A stretch of DNA of 64,000 nt from contig OZ024743.1 of the NCBI GenBank assembly GCA_964016885.1, forward strand, positions 91,574,001-91,638,000, read 5' to 3'. This document shows positions 1 to 42,265 of the stretch, piece by piece. Positions within the stretch are counted from its first letter, which is position 1. Each line of letters starts with the position of its first letter. The position numbers were made by a program, and so were the translations under genes. Below the pieces are notes generated by a model that was given only the letters and a program-made list of their open reading frames with translations, was not told where the DNA came from and searched no databases. The stretch comes from Eledone cirrhosa (taxonomy: Eukaryota).

Positions 1-1509
1 CCACTTTACAGTGTGGACTGGGTGCTTTTTGTCATGACACATATACAACCACTTTACAGTGTGGACTGGGTGCTTTTTGTCATAACACCTATACAACCAA
101 TTTACAGTGTGGACTGGGTGCTTTTTGTCATGACACCTATACAACCACTTTACAGCGTAGACTGGGTGCTTTTTGTCATGACACCTATACAACCACTTTA
201 CAGCGTGGACTGGGTGCTTTTTGTCATGACACCTATACAACCACTTTACAGCGTGGACTGGGTGCTTTTTGTCATGACACCTATACAACCACTTTACAGC
301 GTAGACTGGGTGCTTTTTGTCATGACACCTATACAACCAATTTACAGTGTGGACTGGGTGCTTTTTGTCATAACACCTATACAACCAATTTACAGTGTGG
401 TCTGGGTGCTTTTTGTCATGACACCTATACAACCAATTTACAGTGTGGACTGGGTGCTTTTTGTCATGACACCTATACAACCACTTTACAGCGTGGACTG
501 GGTGCTTTTTGTCATGACACCTATACAACCACTTTACAGTGTGGCCTGGGTGCTTTTTGTCATGACACCTATACAACCACTTTACAGCGTGGACTGGGTG
601 CTTTTTGTCATGACACCTATACAACCACTTTACAGTGTGGCCTGGGTGCTTTTTGTCATGACACCTATACAACCACTTTACAGTGTGGACTGGGTGCTTT
701 TTGTCATGACACCTATACAACCACTTTACAGCGTGGACTGTGTGCTTTTTGTCATGACACCTATACAACCACTTTACAGTGTGGACTGGGTGCTTTTTGT
801 CATGACACCTATACAACCACTTTACAGCGTGGACTGGGTGCTTTTTGTCATGACACCTATACAACCACTTTACAGTGTGGGCTGGGTGCTTTTTGTCATG
901 ACACCTATACAACCACTTTACAGTGTGGACTGGGTGCTTTTTGTCATGACACCTATACAACCACTTTACAGTGTGGCCTGGGTGCTTTTTGTCATGACAC
1001 CTATACAACCACTTTACAGTGTGGACTGGGTGCTTTTTGTCATGACACCTATACAACCACTTTACAGCGTGGACTGGGTGCTTTTTGTCATGACACCTAT
1101 ACAACCACTTTACAGTGTGGACTGGGTGCTTTTTGTCATGACACCTATACAACCACTTTACAGCGTGGACTGGGTGCTTTTTGTCATGACACCTATACAA
1201 CCACTTTACAGCGTGGACTGGGTGCTTTTTGTCATAACACCTATACAACCACTTTACAGCGTGGACTGGGTGCTTTTTGTCATGACACCTATACAACCAC
1301 TTTACAGTGTGGACTGGGTGCTTTTTGTCATGACACCTATACAACCACTTTACAGTGTGGACTGGGTGCTTTTTGTCATGGCACCTATACAACCACTTTA
1401 CCGTGTGGGCTGGATGCTTTTTGTCATGACACCTATACAACCACTTTACAGTGTGGGCTGGGTGCTTTTTGTCATGACACCTATACAACCACTTTACAGT
1501 GTGGACTGG
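1..1509. repeat. 48-bp minisatellite (~31 copies, truncated by window start)
   Basis: Unit CCACTTTACAGTGTGGACTGGGTGCTTTTTGTCATGACACCTATACAA recurs every 48 bp (1, 49, 241, 481...). It explains the 534-aa repeat ORF. Confidence 0.97.
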
Positions 1510-2235
1510 ATAGTAAATTCTTGCCACTGTCGTTCAGGCTCATATTTTAATGAGGTTGATAACAACATTGTGATAGTTTCAAATTGTCTGCTTTTCATAT
1601 TTCTAGTCTTGATGTAGAAGCAAAAGAGTCTTCACGTTTCAGACACTAGTCCTTCACCAGAAGATAGAATGAGAAATAAAAGATGAAATAGAGACAGAGA
1701 GTGAGAAGATGCAGGAATGGAAAACACAGTTTTTGTGCAAAAGCATGTATGTATTTAATCACCCATTTAGACATGGAAATCAACTGAATATATAAAATCC
1801 TGATTTGTTGGTATCAGAAAGTAATATATTATGAATTTTTGTCAGTTGACCTCAAAATTGTCATTCACTTCTTAGACATATGAGTGTCAACATTGGAATC
1901 CTCATCCACCTCCTCTTCCTCCTCATCATCATCATCATCACTACCACCACCGTCATCATCATCATCACCATCACACCACCATCATCATCATCATCAGAAA
2001 TATGGTAATGAAAGGGTTAAACTGTTTGTATGTATCTAAATACTTTCCACCATGATTTACGCAAGAACATTTAAGTTATGTTTGAAGCATCAACTTAATA
2101 CCATGAGAGTACACGTAGTTACACATAGACAGATACATACATACACATACATACACATATATATGCATACGCATAAGTATATAGACTTTTGGATTAGGAC
2201 AATGGGATTGATGAGTTAATATCTGTATACAACAA

Positions 2236-3290
2236 CTACAACGGTGCGCGATGGGGCCCACCCACAGCCCTGGCGGACAGAATGCAGAAGGCGTTTCCCT
2301 GGAGGACGGCAAGGGAGACGCGCTGGAAAAGCCACTCCAACTCGCGGGGTTCACACCTGCGGATGGCCAGCTCAGCGCCTATGGTGGTGAGTAAGGAGGT
2401 AGCCCTGGGGCCGAGGACACCAGAAGTCTCCACTGCCAGGGGTACGACCGCAAACCTGTCGGAGAGCGACCAGTATTTGAGGAGTTTGGCCCCCTCAGCC
2501 CAACGTGCAGCAGAACCTGGGTCAGTCGCAGACTGCACCAGGTTGCGGCTGCAGAAAGTGTCGGTGCAAGTGGCATCCCAGACGAGGGGTTTTCCACCGC
2601 CGAACAGGAAGATGTTCATGCCATCTGGCCTTTTGCCGTCCCCTCGATTCAGCCCCACCGGCTCGAGCTGGGAAGGGAAGCCTGCAGCGTCCAAGCCATG
2701 CTTAATGACCTCGTCGAAGGCAGCATGGCGTGGAATGCGGCCGGCACTGTGGCGACAGGAAAGCGGGTGGAGGCCGAAAGAGTCCACGGTGGAACCGCAG
2801 CGACATTGGTGTGGCTGGCAGATGCGGAGGCCGAGCCTCAGGGAAACGCCGATGCGCAGGCTATGGTTGTCTAGCTGCGTGCCAGTGGAGAAGGAGGGCA
2901 GGGCATGAAGCCAGGCACCACTGTGGGGTTTGGAGGCCGCACGAAAACAAGCAAGGCGGTGCTGGTCGAGCTGGCGCGTGAGCCTGTCTGAGGCCAGGCT
3001 GCACTGGATGGCATCCCAAGTGCGTTGGGGGGACTTGACGTCAACAGGGGGAGAAGGAGGAGGGACGTCTACTGGGCTAAGTTCCAGCCGGTCCCACGTC
3101 TCACAGGGGGCCTCACGTTCTCTGAACACAGAGGGTTCTGTTGTGTTTTGAAGAACCCTGCTGACGAGGACGCGGCACGAGGTTACCGACGAAAGATACT
3201 CCGGCAAAGCTAGTGAGATCGGGGACCGGAGGCCAAGGCCGCCATACCTGACCAGTAAAGTGGCCTGTTGCCACCCTATGTCGTCAAACT
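2236..3290 (-). mobile_element. Non-LTR retrotransposon 3' fragment with restriction-like endonuclease (CRE-like)
   Basis: ORF 2236-3207 has a C-x-C...H...C knuckle (HQCRCG...LHPLSC), an RH motif, GDGKRPDG, WDATC and PLAVETSG, typical of REL-type C-termini. GC-rich island in AT-rich DNA. Confidence 0.85.
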
Positions 3291-3479
3291 TGACGTTTCA
3301 TATCCCCTCGGCTGCTGCTCGGATACAAGTATTGAGGTCAGTGAGGAGAGATGTGTGGGTGTAGCACGGAGCGCTGAAAAGTGTATAGAGGAGCTTGGGC
3401 ATGGTGAAGCAGTTCCTCAGCAGAAAGAGAGCTGGGTGGCTGTCAATCAAACCCAGTTGGGTCGTGAGAGTCTGGAGCT

Positions 3480-3895
3480 GGTGAAGCCTATATTACTATA
3501 TCATTGCAAACTTGATTATTTTCAAAATTATTTGTAAACCACAGACATTTCATTAGAAATATGGTAATGAAAAGCTTAAAGAGTTTATATTTATCTAAAA
3601 ACTTTCCATCATAAAGTTATGTTAAAACTTTTGTTAAGTTATGCTCCAAAGACCAGCTTAAAAAGTTAGTTATATTACTAAATCCTTAAAAAAATTGCTA
3701 TTATTTTTAAAATTATTTGTAAATGATAAGCAATGTCTTTTATTGGAAATATGGTAATGAAAGGGTTAAAGAGTTCCATCATAATTTTAAGTAAGAACCT
3801 TTGTTAAGTTATGTCTCAAACACAACCTTGATAATAAAAAGGTTAGTTATATTACTTAAACCTTTCAAAGAAATATAGTAATGAAAGGGTTAAGG
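3480..3895. repeat. Degenerate tandem repeat carrying GAAATATGGTAATGAAAGGGTTAA
   Basis: Motif recurs at ~1997, 3556, 3746, 3871, 20413 and 20606 with similar downstream sequence. The TTAA-flanked end is reminiscent of a piggyBac-type MITE terminus (inference). Confidence 0.6.
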
Positions 3896-4233
3896 AGTTA
3901 GAGACTTACACCTGGGTTTTCATGTTTTTGCATGGGTTGGATGAAGCCTGAGTTTACGATATATGGTTTGAAACCCAATACAATAGAGAAGTCTTTTTAA
4001 CTCTTGACACCCTGTACCACATGAAACCACATTAGAAAAACAATCGTAAAAAATACAAAACTACGTAATTACTAAATCACATGTGGTGGTGATGGTGATA
4101 ATGGTGGTGGTAGTGGTGGTGGTGATGGGGATAATGGTAGTTGTAGTGGTGGTGGTGGTGATGGTGGTGGTGATGATAATAATGTTGGAGGTGGTGTGGT
4201 CGTAATGATGATGATGGTGATGATGGCGGTGGC

Positions 4234-4273
<40 letters not shown>

Positions 4274-4612
4274 GTGGTGTTGATGATGATGGTGATGGTG
4301 ATAATGGTGGTGCTGATGATGATGATTCCATCACTTTTTCATGTTGTCATTTAAAAAACAAGCACTTCTTTATTCAATTCCTTCTTCAGCGACCTTCATT
4401 CTCTTTATTCCTCCTTCTTTCATTCTGCCACATCTTATCTCTATAACAATTATACTTCCACACCACCCTCTACCTACCATCTCTCACATCTCTTATCTCT
4501 CTTTATATTCTCTAATATTTTGACTTAAAATCATTCTATAAATAGATTATGCATGTTTTATCAACTGCCTAACTTTCATAAAATATTCAATTTCTTAAGC
4601 TGCTCCTGTTAC

Positions 4613-4646
<34 letters not shown>

Positions 4647-4667
4647 ATCACTGTCCTTGTCATAATA

Positions 4668-4875
4668 ATTGTTTCTACTTTTGGCACAAGGCCAGCAATT
4701 ATCCCAGCGCATTACTGGTACTTGATTTTATCGACCCCGTAAGGATGAAAGGTTAACTTTGCCTTTCATCCTTACGGGGTCAATAAAATAAAGTACCAGT
4801 AATACATTGGGGTCGATTTAATTGACTTTCCCCTTCCCTCAAATTGTTGGCCTTGTGCCAAAAATAGAAACAATT
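4668..4875. mobile_element. Two 5'-truncated Meta-domain-like SINE pieces joined head-to-head
   Basis: Minus copy 4668-4752 and plus copy 4751-4875 of the GCCTTTCATCCTTACGGGGTCGATAAAATAAAGTACCAG SINE. Confidence 0.85.
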
Positions 4876-5241
4876 ATTATTATTGCTATTATTATTTTTG
4901 TTAATTCCTTGGCATATTGTTGTACTAGATATTAAGTTGTCTGTTGCACACTTAGGTATATCAACATATCAAATAGCTTTCTTACTACACAAGACTGAAT
5001 CCTTGAAAAAAACTATACCTATGTCTTCTTCTCATTGCCTCATCCTATAAGGCTAAATTGATGGGGCATGAAGTTTCAAATAGATAAGTGGAGAATCCAT
5101 GCCCAGATATTGTTATACTGCAATAAAGAGGAGAGAATGTGTTGAGTGAGTCATGTTAGTGTATTTGATAGTACAATGGTAGACTAATGGTGGTCAGAAG
5201 AAAATGAAGAAAGAATTATGGGTTTTGATTTAAATTATCAT

Positions 5242-5279
<38 letters not shown>

Positions 5280-5587
5280 TCATTGTCATCATCATTATCA
5301 TCACCAGCATCATCATCACCACCACTACCACCATCCTCATTGTCATAATCACCACCACCACCACCACCGAAACCACCACCACTATCACATCCACCACTAT
5401 CACATCCACCACTACCACCACTACCACCACTACCACCACCAAATATGTTATTCATTGCATCTATGTATATTTCTTGCTTATCGTAGGTAGACTGTCTCCC
5501 TGCATATCATATCGTATGTATGTAAGTGTCAGTTGTTATGGTTTAGCAGAAAATACCTAAAACAGGTTTGTTAATGCGAAGTGCATC

Positions 5588-5822
5588 GTTTAATGGTTAA
5601 AGAGTTGGATTTGCAACCTCCCACTTGTGAGGTCGGTTCCTGAACCAGGTGATGTGTTATGTCCTTGAGCAACACACTTTATTCCACATAGCTCTTTTTG
5701 CCAGGAGTGGTGACTGGTAGATAGCATCAGAAATGGAATGAGCACTGGAAACATTGTTTCCTTGGTCCAATCTGATGAGTTCCACCCCACTTGGAAACAA
5801 GTGAAGCCTGGGATCTTGTCAT
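5588..5822 (+). mobile_element. tRNA-derived SINE with CORE-like GTCCTTGAGCAAGACACTTTATT segment
   Basis: A/B-box-like head followed by the conserved segment; homologous to 33333, 41520(-), 52563 and 58850. Confidence 0.7.
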
Positions 5823-6550
5823 TCAGTTCCTTGTTTTATTAATTCAAATATTTGTAGTATCTTTAATACAGGAAAGATCACTGGGAACATTTGCAGTATT
5901 ACAATAAAAGCTTCAATTTTTTAATGTGATGTAGTCACTGTGCAGTTTTGTATTTAAAAAAAAATTATTTTGCTAATGTAGTTTCATGTGGTACAGGATG
6001 TTAAGAGTCAAAGAGACTTCTCCATTTTATTGGGTTTCAAACCATCATGGATATGTAAAGGGATTAATCCCTCTTGCGTCTCATATTTGGTCAGCTCAAA
6101 ACAAAGGTATGAAAATACCTTGAAAATACTTTGAGAGTATTGTAGTAGAATATAGTACGAACAATTCAATTGAAGAAGAATTCAAAAGACCTTGTGAAAT
6201 GGAAATGCGAATTGAGGAATTAATTTGTAAGGTAAATGTGTTATAAGGATGAGATTATTAAGGAAAATAACCAAATCGAAGCACTCTTCAATAAATAAAA
6301 GTTTTATTTAACCATTTTAATTTAACCATTAGTTTTTTCTAAGTCAATGAACATGTATTTATTGTCATTTGAAGAGTGAGTACATTGTTTTGGACACCCT
6401 GTGATGCTTTATATGAAAATAAGTTACAGATTAGTTTACTTTTAAAACAAATAAGTATTTATTTATTTTATGTATTTATTCATTCATGATGTCAGAAATA
6501 CAATTCAAGCTCGTTAATTAACAAATCATGGCAGAAAATAAAAATTACAA

Positions 6551-6740
6551 CTACACCTTCCTTGCTTTTACTGATACAAACTGGTTTATGATGCGCTCAA
6601 AGTCAGATTTCTCAATTTCCTCTCTTTCTACACTAAGTAAAGTAAGATCACAGAGTCTGCTTTGACCCATTGAAGTTCTCAAATATGAAAGTATTAGTTT
6701 CAATTTGCTAAACAGTTGGCAATGGAAACTGCGATGGTTA
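6551..6740 (-). mobile_element. hAT transposase C-terminal (dimerisation domain) remnant
   Basis: FSKLKLILSYLRTSMGQSRLCDLTLLSVERE resembles the hAT 'ERSFS.LK.IK..LRS.M...RL..L..L.IE' motif. Confidence 0.7.
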
Positions 6741-7215
6741 GCATTATCTGAATAGAAATGTGAAGATTGAGAAATACTGAACAATAAATTTGAGAAGTTT
6801 TTCAGGGTGTGTTAGCTTTATGTTGCCTATAATAGTTCCTGGACTCGAGTTTCGGCCACATTTAATGCAGCAGTAGGGTGCACTGCACCCTCTGTCTGAA
6901 TATATTATGCAACAATGCATAATCGGCGCATCTGGCTTCATCGGAGGGTATCGCTTAATCAATAACCAATCGATTGACAGAATTCAACTCCAGTCCATGC
7001 TGGCTATGACTGTTTGTGACGGCCAACACAGTAAAGTGATTAGCAACTGGAATCTGATACAATTCTGTCCTCCGATCGGCCACCGATTTACAAATTTATT
7101 TGGTGGCAGATTAGAAAACAAATATGTCCGCTTCTGTCAAAAGCTCTCAGCCAACGTGTCTCAAACACAAATAAATAAGATAGTGAAAAGCTGGTTATTA
7201 GAAAAAACAGTCCCA

Positions 7216-7470
7216 CATCATCATCATCATCATCATCGTTTAACGTCCATCTTCCACGCTAGCATGGGTTTGGACGGGAGTTTTCCCACTTGAGGCAAGA
7301 TTGGTTGTCTTGCTCGTATAGGACTGTCTGGCAGGTTTTCTACAGCTGGATGCCCTTCCTAACACCAACCACATTTACAGTGTGGACTGGGAGGTTTTTA
7401 CCGTGTTACCTACACGGCTACATTACAGCGTGGACTGTGTGTTTTTTTGTCGTGACACCTACACAACCTC
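7216..7470 (-). mobile_element. SINE-like element with (GAT)n tail and internal 48-bp units
   Basis: CATCATCGTTTAACGTCC...CTGGATGCCCTTCCTAAC...ACCACATTTACAGTGTGGACTGGG; homologous to 21549-21750, 21850-22185(+) and 35026-35200. Confidence 0.8.
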
Positions 7471-7574
7471 ATTTATTTCGGACTGGATGTTGTGGTACCA
7501 ACATAACTTTACATCGAAAGGGGTGGTGTGGATGGGGTGGGGGTAGTGGTGTTAAGAGGTGCCTACTGACTGTA

Positions 7575-8200
7575 GGTTTCACTTTGTACTAAGGCAACGC
7601 GGGTCTTCTGTATTGCTGTGTAGCGCCAAAGATCTCGGTCCAGTGACATTGTCTTGGAGAGGTGTAAGTGTGTGAGGTCGGAATTTAACAAGTCGTCCCA
7701 GGTTTTTCTGGGTCTGCCTACTCCGTGGCTACCGTCTATTTTTATCGCCCTGCACTTTTTTATACAGCTGTCGTCTTTCATGCGCATCACGTGACCATAC
7801 GAACATAGTCTTCTCTCGAGTAAACAACATCTGATCCCTCGTATTCCTAATTTCTCCCTTAGTTCATTTATGCTTTGCCGTTCACGTATATTACTATTAC
7901 ACATCCAACGGAGCATGAAAGCTTCGTTCCTCTCTAGTCTGCGTATATCCTCTGCACACAAGGCCCATGTCTCACTGCCATGTAACATTGCTGTTCGAAT
8001 GCAGGCATCATACAGCCTGCTTTTCATTTTTAGAGAGAACCCTTTAGCGGCCAATAGTGGTATAAGCTCTCTGAATTTTTTCCATCCCGTTCTGACTCTA
8101 GCTATTGTACTTTCATTTTGTCACCCAGGTAACGGAAGGTGTCCACTATTTCTATAGAACCATCTGTGCAATGGAATGAGCTAGTATTCGTTGTATAATA
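7575..8200 (-). mobile_element. RTE-clade LINE 3' fragment
   Basis: ORF 7563-8054: RLYDACIRTAMLHGSETW...MLRWMC...RRL.SYGHVMRM...GRPRKTW, a typical RTE ORF C-terminus. Confidence 0.88.
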
Positions 8201-8243
8201 GAATGGTAGCATTGGGCTCTAGTCGCCAAGTCCCATGGCGAGA

Positions 8244-8301
<58 letters not shown>

Positions 8302-8489
8302 AAAGAAAATTTCGCTCTACATGGCTGAATACAATAAATGTAATCTGAGTTTTTCGAATATTAACATTCGATTCGTTTGCAATTATGCAAACAAGCCTCA
8401 ATTTTATAGCCATGTCAGTAGAATGAACACTTCATTCTTGCTCTTGTATTGGCATGCAAACAGAACTGCAGACACTAATGTTTCTGGGT

Positions 8490-8748
<259 letters not shown>

Positions 8749-8893
8749 TATAACCAAAAGTTTAACAAGGTTCATTGATTAATCAATGAATAAAGTTTTA
8801 CAATAGATTAGAAGCACTCAACTGAGAGGTTTTCTGGAGTTATTAATATTACTTCAAAATATTAATAAATATAGACATTCATGTGATCAAATA

Positions 8894-8959
8894 TATTTTA
8901 TTATACATATTTCAAAGGTACTGAGCTATTTCATCAATGCGTCCTCATCAGATAAAATA
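8894..8959 (-). ncRNA. Minimal type-I hammerhead ribozyme
   Basis: Reverse strand: TATTTTAT-CTGATGA-stemII-GAAA-TATGTA-TA-ATAAAATA. Confidence 0.75.
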
Positions 8960-10434
8960 ATTTGATGTCTGACATACCTCAACTGTGTTGATGGTTCAGT
9001 TCCAGTCATGGCAGTGATTAGTTATGACAAAACTCAATATATATATACCATAATTTGTTAAAGCCAATAAATAACATTACCTACAACTACATAGGTGCAA
9101 CCTCATCGAGCTTTAAACTGAGATTTTCCAATCATAAACATTCTTTTTCTAATCCGGATAAGAAATTTTCTACTTCTTTATAACAACTAATATGGTCTTT
9201 AAAAGAAAAAAATTTAAAATACTCAATATTTTGGTCTAAGCTTCGCAATTGTCAAGTTTACCAAAATAGCTCTATCTCTCCTAACTGCAATCTTTGCAAT
9301 ACCGAGACTATTAATAATTGCTAATTATGGTAATATAATTAACAAAGAAAGTGAATTATTCTCAAACTGCCTGCACAAATCTGCATCTACATTTCAAGCA
9401 TCACATAAAATTAGGAAAAAACATTGATTAAGTGAGAAAAGATTTTGACTCTTATTAATAATTCTTGTAATGCTTTTATTATTGCTATTGTTAATATTGG
9501 ATATAAGGTTTCTACCTAACCCTAGAAATTGTTTACCTGCTCTTTTAATGAGTATGTTAATCTAACTTTGCTTTTCATCCTTACGGGGTCGATAAAATAA
9601 AGTACCAGTAATGTACAGGGTAATTGCTGGCCTTGTGCCTAAAAGTAGAAACAATTATATATAATTGACAAATATCGATTTAAATCTTATAGTTTATAAT
9701 AGAACTATACAAATGCTAATATCTAAATAAATCCGGTTTAATAATATCATATTTACTACATTTATAAACACTATGGTTAGTTAATAACATTTTTATTTTT
9801 GATCTTTCTAACTAAATTATTGAGTATATTTAATAATTTAATTATACTCATGATTACCCTTGGAATTATGTTAAATTATCTTTTTCACTCTATCTTTTTC
9901 ACTATATATTTGTTTTAATTTTGATATAATATAATATATTTTCTTTCAAATATTATAACTAAAAATTTCAAGTTATTTAATTAATTGATTATTTCTACCT
10001 AACTTAATATTTGAAAAAAAAACGGTCACACATCATATACCTTTATTCTCTTTCTCCTTATGTAATTATATTTTACTATACATATCTCCCTTTCTTTGTT
10101 TTTAGTATCATCTCTCTTTCCTTTTCTTTCTCTCCTCTATTTAGCTCCCTCACTCCCTCTTTTACTCCTTCTATAATATGGAGGTTTACATATTTAATTA
10201 TTTAAATCTTTAACAGTTATGTAGTTATATGTTTATATTTTTTACTTGCCTTTATATATACTTATTATATTTATTATTATATTTTTATACACTTTCTCCT
10301 ACGTACCCTCTCTATTATATGTAGTTTGTCATGTTACAACTTATGCTATATAAATATTGAGTTTTGTCATAACTAATCACTGCCAAGACTGGAATTGAAC
10401 CATCAGCACAGTTGAGGTATGTCAGACATCAATT

Positions 10435-10500
10435 TATTTTATCTGATGAGGACGTACTGATGAAATAGCTCAGTACCTCTGAAATATATATAATAAAATA
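10435..10500 (+). ncRNA. Minimal type-I hammerhead ribozyme
   Basis: TATTTTAT/ATAAAATA stem I; CTGATGA; GTACTGA/TCAGTAC stem II; GAAA; palindromic TATATA; UA site. Confidence 0.8.
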
Positions 10501-10542
10501 TATTTGATCACATAAATGTCTATATTTATTAATATTTTGAAG

Positions 10543-10616
<74 letters not shown>

Positions 10617-10763
10617 ATATATTTAAAGGTTAAACAAGGTTCCATGAATAAATCAATGAATAAAGTTTTACAATAGATTAGAAGCACTCCACAGAATGGT
10701 TTTCCGGAGTTATTAATATTAATTCAAAATATTAACAAATATAGACATTCGTGTGATCAAGTA

Positions 10764-10830
10764 TATTTTATTATACATATTTCAGAGGTACTGAGCTATT
10801 TACAACAGTACGTCCTCATCAGATAAAATA
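10764..10830 (-). ncRNA. Minimal type-I hammerhead ribozyme
   Basis: Reverse complement of the 12848-12914 motif. Confidence 0.75.
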
Positions 10831-11704
10831 AGATGATGCTTGACATACCTTGACTATGTTGATGGTTAAAATTCAGTCATGGCAGTGAATAAGTTAGGAC
10901 AAAACTCAATATTTATATACTTCATCGACATTTAAATTCAGATTTTCGAATCATAAATATTCATTCTCGAATCCTAATAGGAAACTTTCGACCTCTTTAT
11001 CACTTTATCACAACTTATATGGTCATTAAAAGACACAAATTTAAAATACTCGATTTCTTGGTCCAAGCTGTGTAATGGTCAAGTCTACTTGAATTCTTCA
11101 ATATCACCTAACTGCAATCTTTGTACTATGGAGACCCTGTTAATAATTACTAATTATGATAATTTAATTAACAAAAAAAGTGAATTATTCTCAAATTGCT
11201 TACATAAAGATTCTTCTACATTCCAAGCTTCACAAAAAGTCAGGAAAAAACATTTAAAAAAAACATTGAATAAATAAGTTTTGATTTTGACGTTTATTAT
11301 CAACTGAGTGCGTAAAACGATACTATAACAGATTATAAAACCTTCTAATAATCTTTATTATTTACGATATGATTAATGTTGGATTAAGGGTTCTACATAA
11401 ACTTATAAATTGTTAACATGATCTTTTGATGAGTATGCATATCATTTGCTTGTTTAAATACATTTAATTTTTCGGTGTTTTTTGTATTTTTAAATTATAT
11501 AGCTTACATATTTGACAATTATATGGAACCGTAAACCATTCATTTATTTATTTTGAATCTGTGTTTTAAGATTCAAGAAGTTTGATTTGTATATTTATAG
11601 TATATATGTCTTACACGATCCTATTGACTAACTTTTTCTACTTAACTTGATGTAAAACTTTATTTATAACACTATTAACAGTTATTATATTTATTATATT
11701 TATG

Positions 11705-11895
11705 ACGGCGGTGGATTAGCAGTATCGGTAGAGGGTCGGACGCCATGCTTTCCAGCATAGTTACCTCCCTTTACGATCTGAGTTCAAATCCCGCCGAGGT
11801 TGACTTTGCCTTTCATCCTTACGGGGTCGATAAAATAAAGTACCAGTAATGCACTGGGTAATTGCTGGCCTTGTGCCTAACGTAGAAACAATTAT
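11705..11895 (+). mobile_element. Full-length tRNA-derived Meta-domain-like SINE
   Basis: GGTGGATTAGCAG head, GAGTTCAAATCCC B-box, GCCTTTCATCCTTACGGGGTCGATAAAATAAAGTACC core, GTAGAAACAATT end. Further copies at 9563, 15293, 17655, 17870(-), 19381, 19716(-), 20905, 23757(-), 23912(-), 26047, 28229, 33890 and 57277(-). Confidence 0.88.
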
Positions 11896-12847
11896 ATTTA
11901 TTATATTTATATAACTGACTAATATCGTCTTAAACTTTAAACAGTATAAATTTAGACAAATGCGTATATCTAGTTTAATAAAACCCCTTTTCAAGTACAT
12001 TTATAAGGCCTTTGGATACTTAAGGCCATTCTAATTTTAACTTTATAATTGTAATTATTTTTTAATATAATTTTTTAATATAATTAAATTTGGATTACCT
12101 TCAGTTGATGAAAATCTTAAGTCTTTTCTTTCTCATGTTTGCAAACACTTTAAATATGATATTATACTATAATATAAATCCTTATAAATGTTATAGTCAG
12201 AAATCTTATGCCATTAGATTAATTCACTATTTCTAATTAACTTAAGGATTCGAAAATAAACCGCCATATAACTACATCCAGATATATATTCGATATTTTG
12301 ATTGATTGACTATTTCTAAATAATTTAACGATTCGAAAATAATCATTCACCAAGCTATGCCCAAATATATATTTATATATATACATTTTTACATCATCTA
12401 ATTATATGCTGTTTATCCATGACAATACAAGTCTCCCTCCCTGTGTTTTAGACTATAAAACTTATTTTTTTTCTCCTCTTCTCTCTATCCTTAATCAATT
12501 TTCTTTTGCTTTCGTGCATAACATATTCTATATTTCTAGTCATTCTCTCTCTGCTCATCTGTTTCTCTCTCTGTCTTTCACTTCCTCTTTCTACAATAAT
12601 GTGTTATCCATATATTACTTTATTTAAATTATTTAAATTTCTAACAGTTTTGTAGGTTTATATTATATTAGTAGTTATTTATTATTATGTATCTTTATAA
12701 GCATGCTCACACGCACCCTCTGTATTATATGTAATTTTTTCATGTCTCAATCTTAAGGTATATAAATATTGAGTTTTGTCCTAACTTATTCACTCCCATG
12801 GCTGAATTTTAAACATCAACATAGTCAAGGTATGTCAAGCATCATCT

Positions 12848-12914
12848 TATTTTATCTGATGAGGACGTACTGTTGTAAATAGCTCAGTACCTCTGAAATA
12901 TGTATAATAAAATA
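12848..12914 (+). ncRNA. Minimal type-I hammerhead ribozyme
   Basis: TATTTTAT-CTGATGA-GGACGTACTG...CAGTACCTCT-GAAA-TATGTA-TA-ATAAAATA. Confidence 0.78.
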
Positions 12915-12961
12915 TACTTGATCACACGAATGTCTATATTTGTTAATATTTTGAATTTATA

Positions 12962-13034
<73 letters not shown>

Positions 13035-13060
13035 TTGAATTAATATATTTATATATATTA

Positions 13061-13091
<31 letters not shown>

Positions 13092-13279
13092 TTCTTTTTT
13101 TTTTCAAGTTGTCAGTTTAGATCTCATAATAAAAAAACCTAGTTACTATTTGTATCTGTCAGAAATGAAGTGCTTATCCATACAATAAAAACTGATGCTA
13201 CCTGCTGCCTTTTCAAACAGAAGTTTAAACGATGTGTTGTTGAGAGGTTTACTATTACTGAAAGAGATACCACGCGACA

Positions 13280-42058
<28,779 letters not shown>

Positions 42059-42095
42059 ACCCGGTTTATTGCACAAACTATCTTGTTTGAAGTTA

Positions 42096-42265
42096 CCGTA
42101 TTTCCCGGCATCGAAGACGCTACTTTTTTCCTAAAATAAGACTAAAAAATCTACCATGCGTCCTGGAGGCCGAAGGTTGAATATTATTTTTTTTATCAAA
42201 TTTTTGGTTGTCAAAATTAGGGTGCATCCTCGAGGACGAAGCGTCTTCGGCGCCGGGAAATACAG
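42096..42265. mobile_element. Tc1/pogo-type MITE in the presumptive 3' UTR
   Basis: TA TSD; TIRs CCGTATTTCCCGGCATCGAAGACGC / GCGTCTTCGGCGCCGGGAAATACAG. Confidence 0.85.

Larger units (their letters stand above)
8752..10547 (+). mobile_element. Fold-back PLE remnant (inverted pLTR + GIY-YIG 3' fragment + pLTR)
   Basis: ~195-bp inverted repeats at 8846-9046 and 10352-10547. Decayed YIGATS...CNLCNTE...NCLHK endonuclease at 9085-9430. (TA)n on both sides; SINE insert at 9563-9657. Confidence 0.85.
10624..12957 (+). mobile_element. Second fold-back PLE remnant, same family as 8752-10547
   Basis: Same left end. Inverted repeats ~10720-10918 and 12760-12957; GIY-YIG tail (PNCNLCTMET...NCLHK); HHRs at 10764-10830(-) and 12848-12914(+); SINE at 11705-11895. 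Confidence 0.85.

Noticed and set aside
1-1509. CRISPR-like array (also 35181-35850 and 55078-55710)
   Set aside because: Contiguous repeats without unique spacers, no cas genes, eukaryotic context.
13-1617. 534-aa repeat ORF (and ORFs 35050-35870)
   Set aside because: Translation of a stop-free 48-bp SINE-derived minisatellite with a GTG start; the homologous array yields unrelated peptides.
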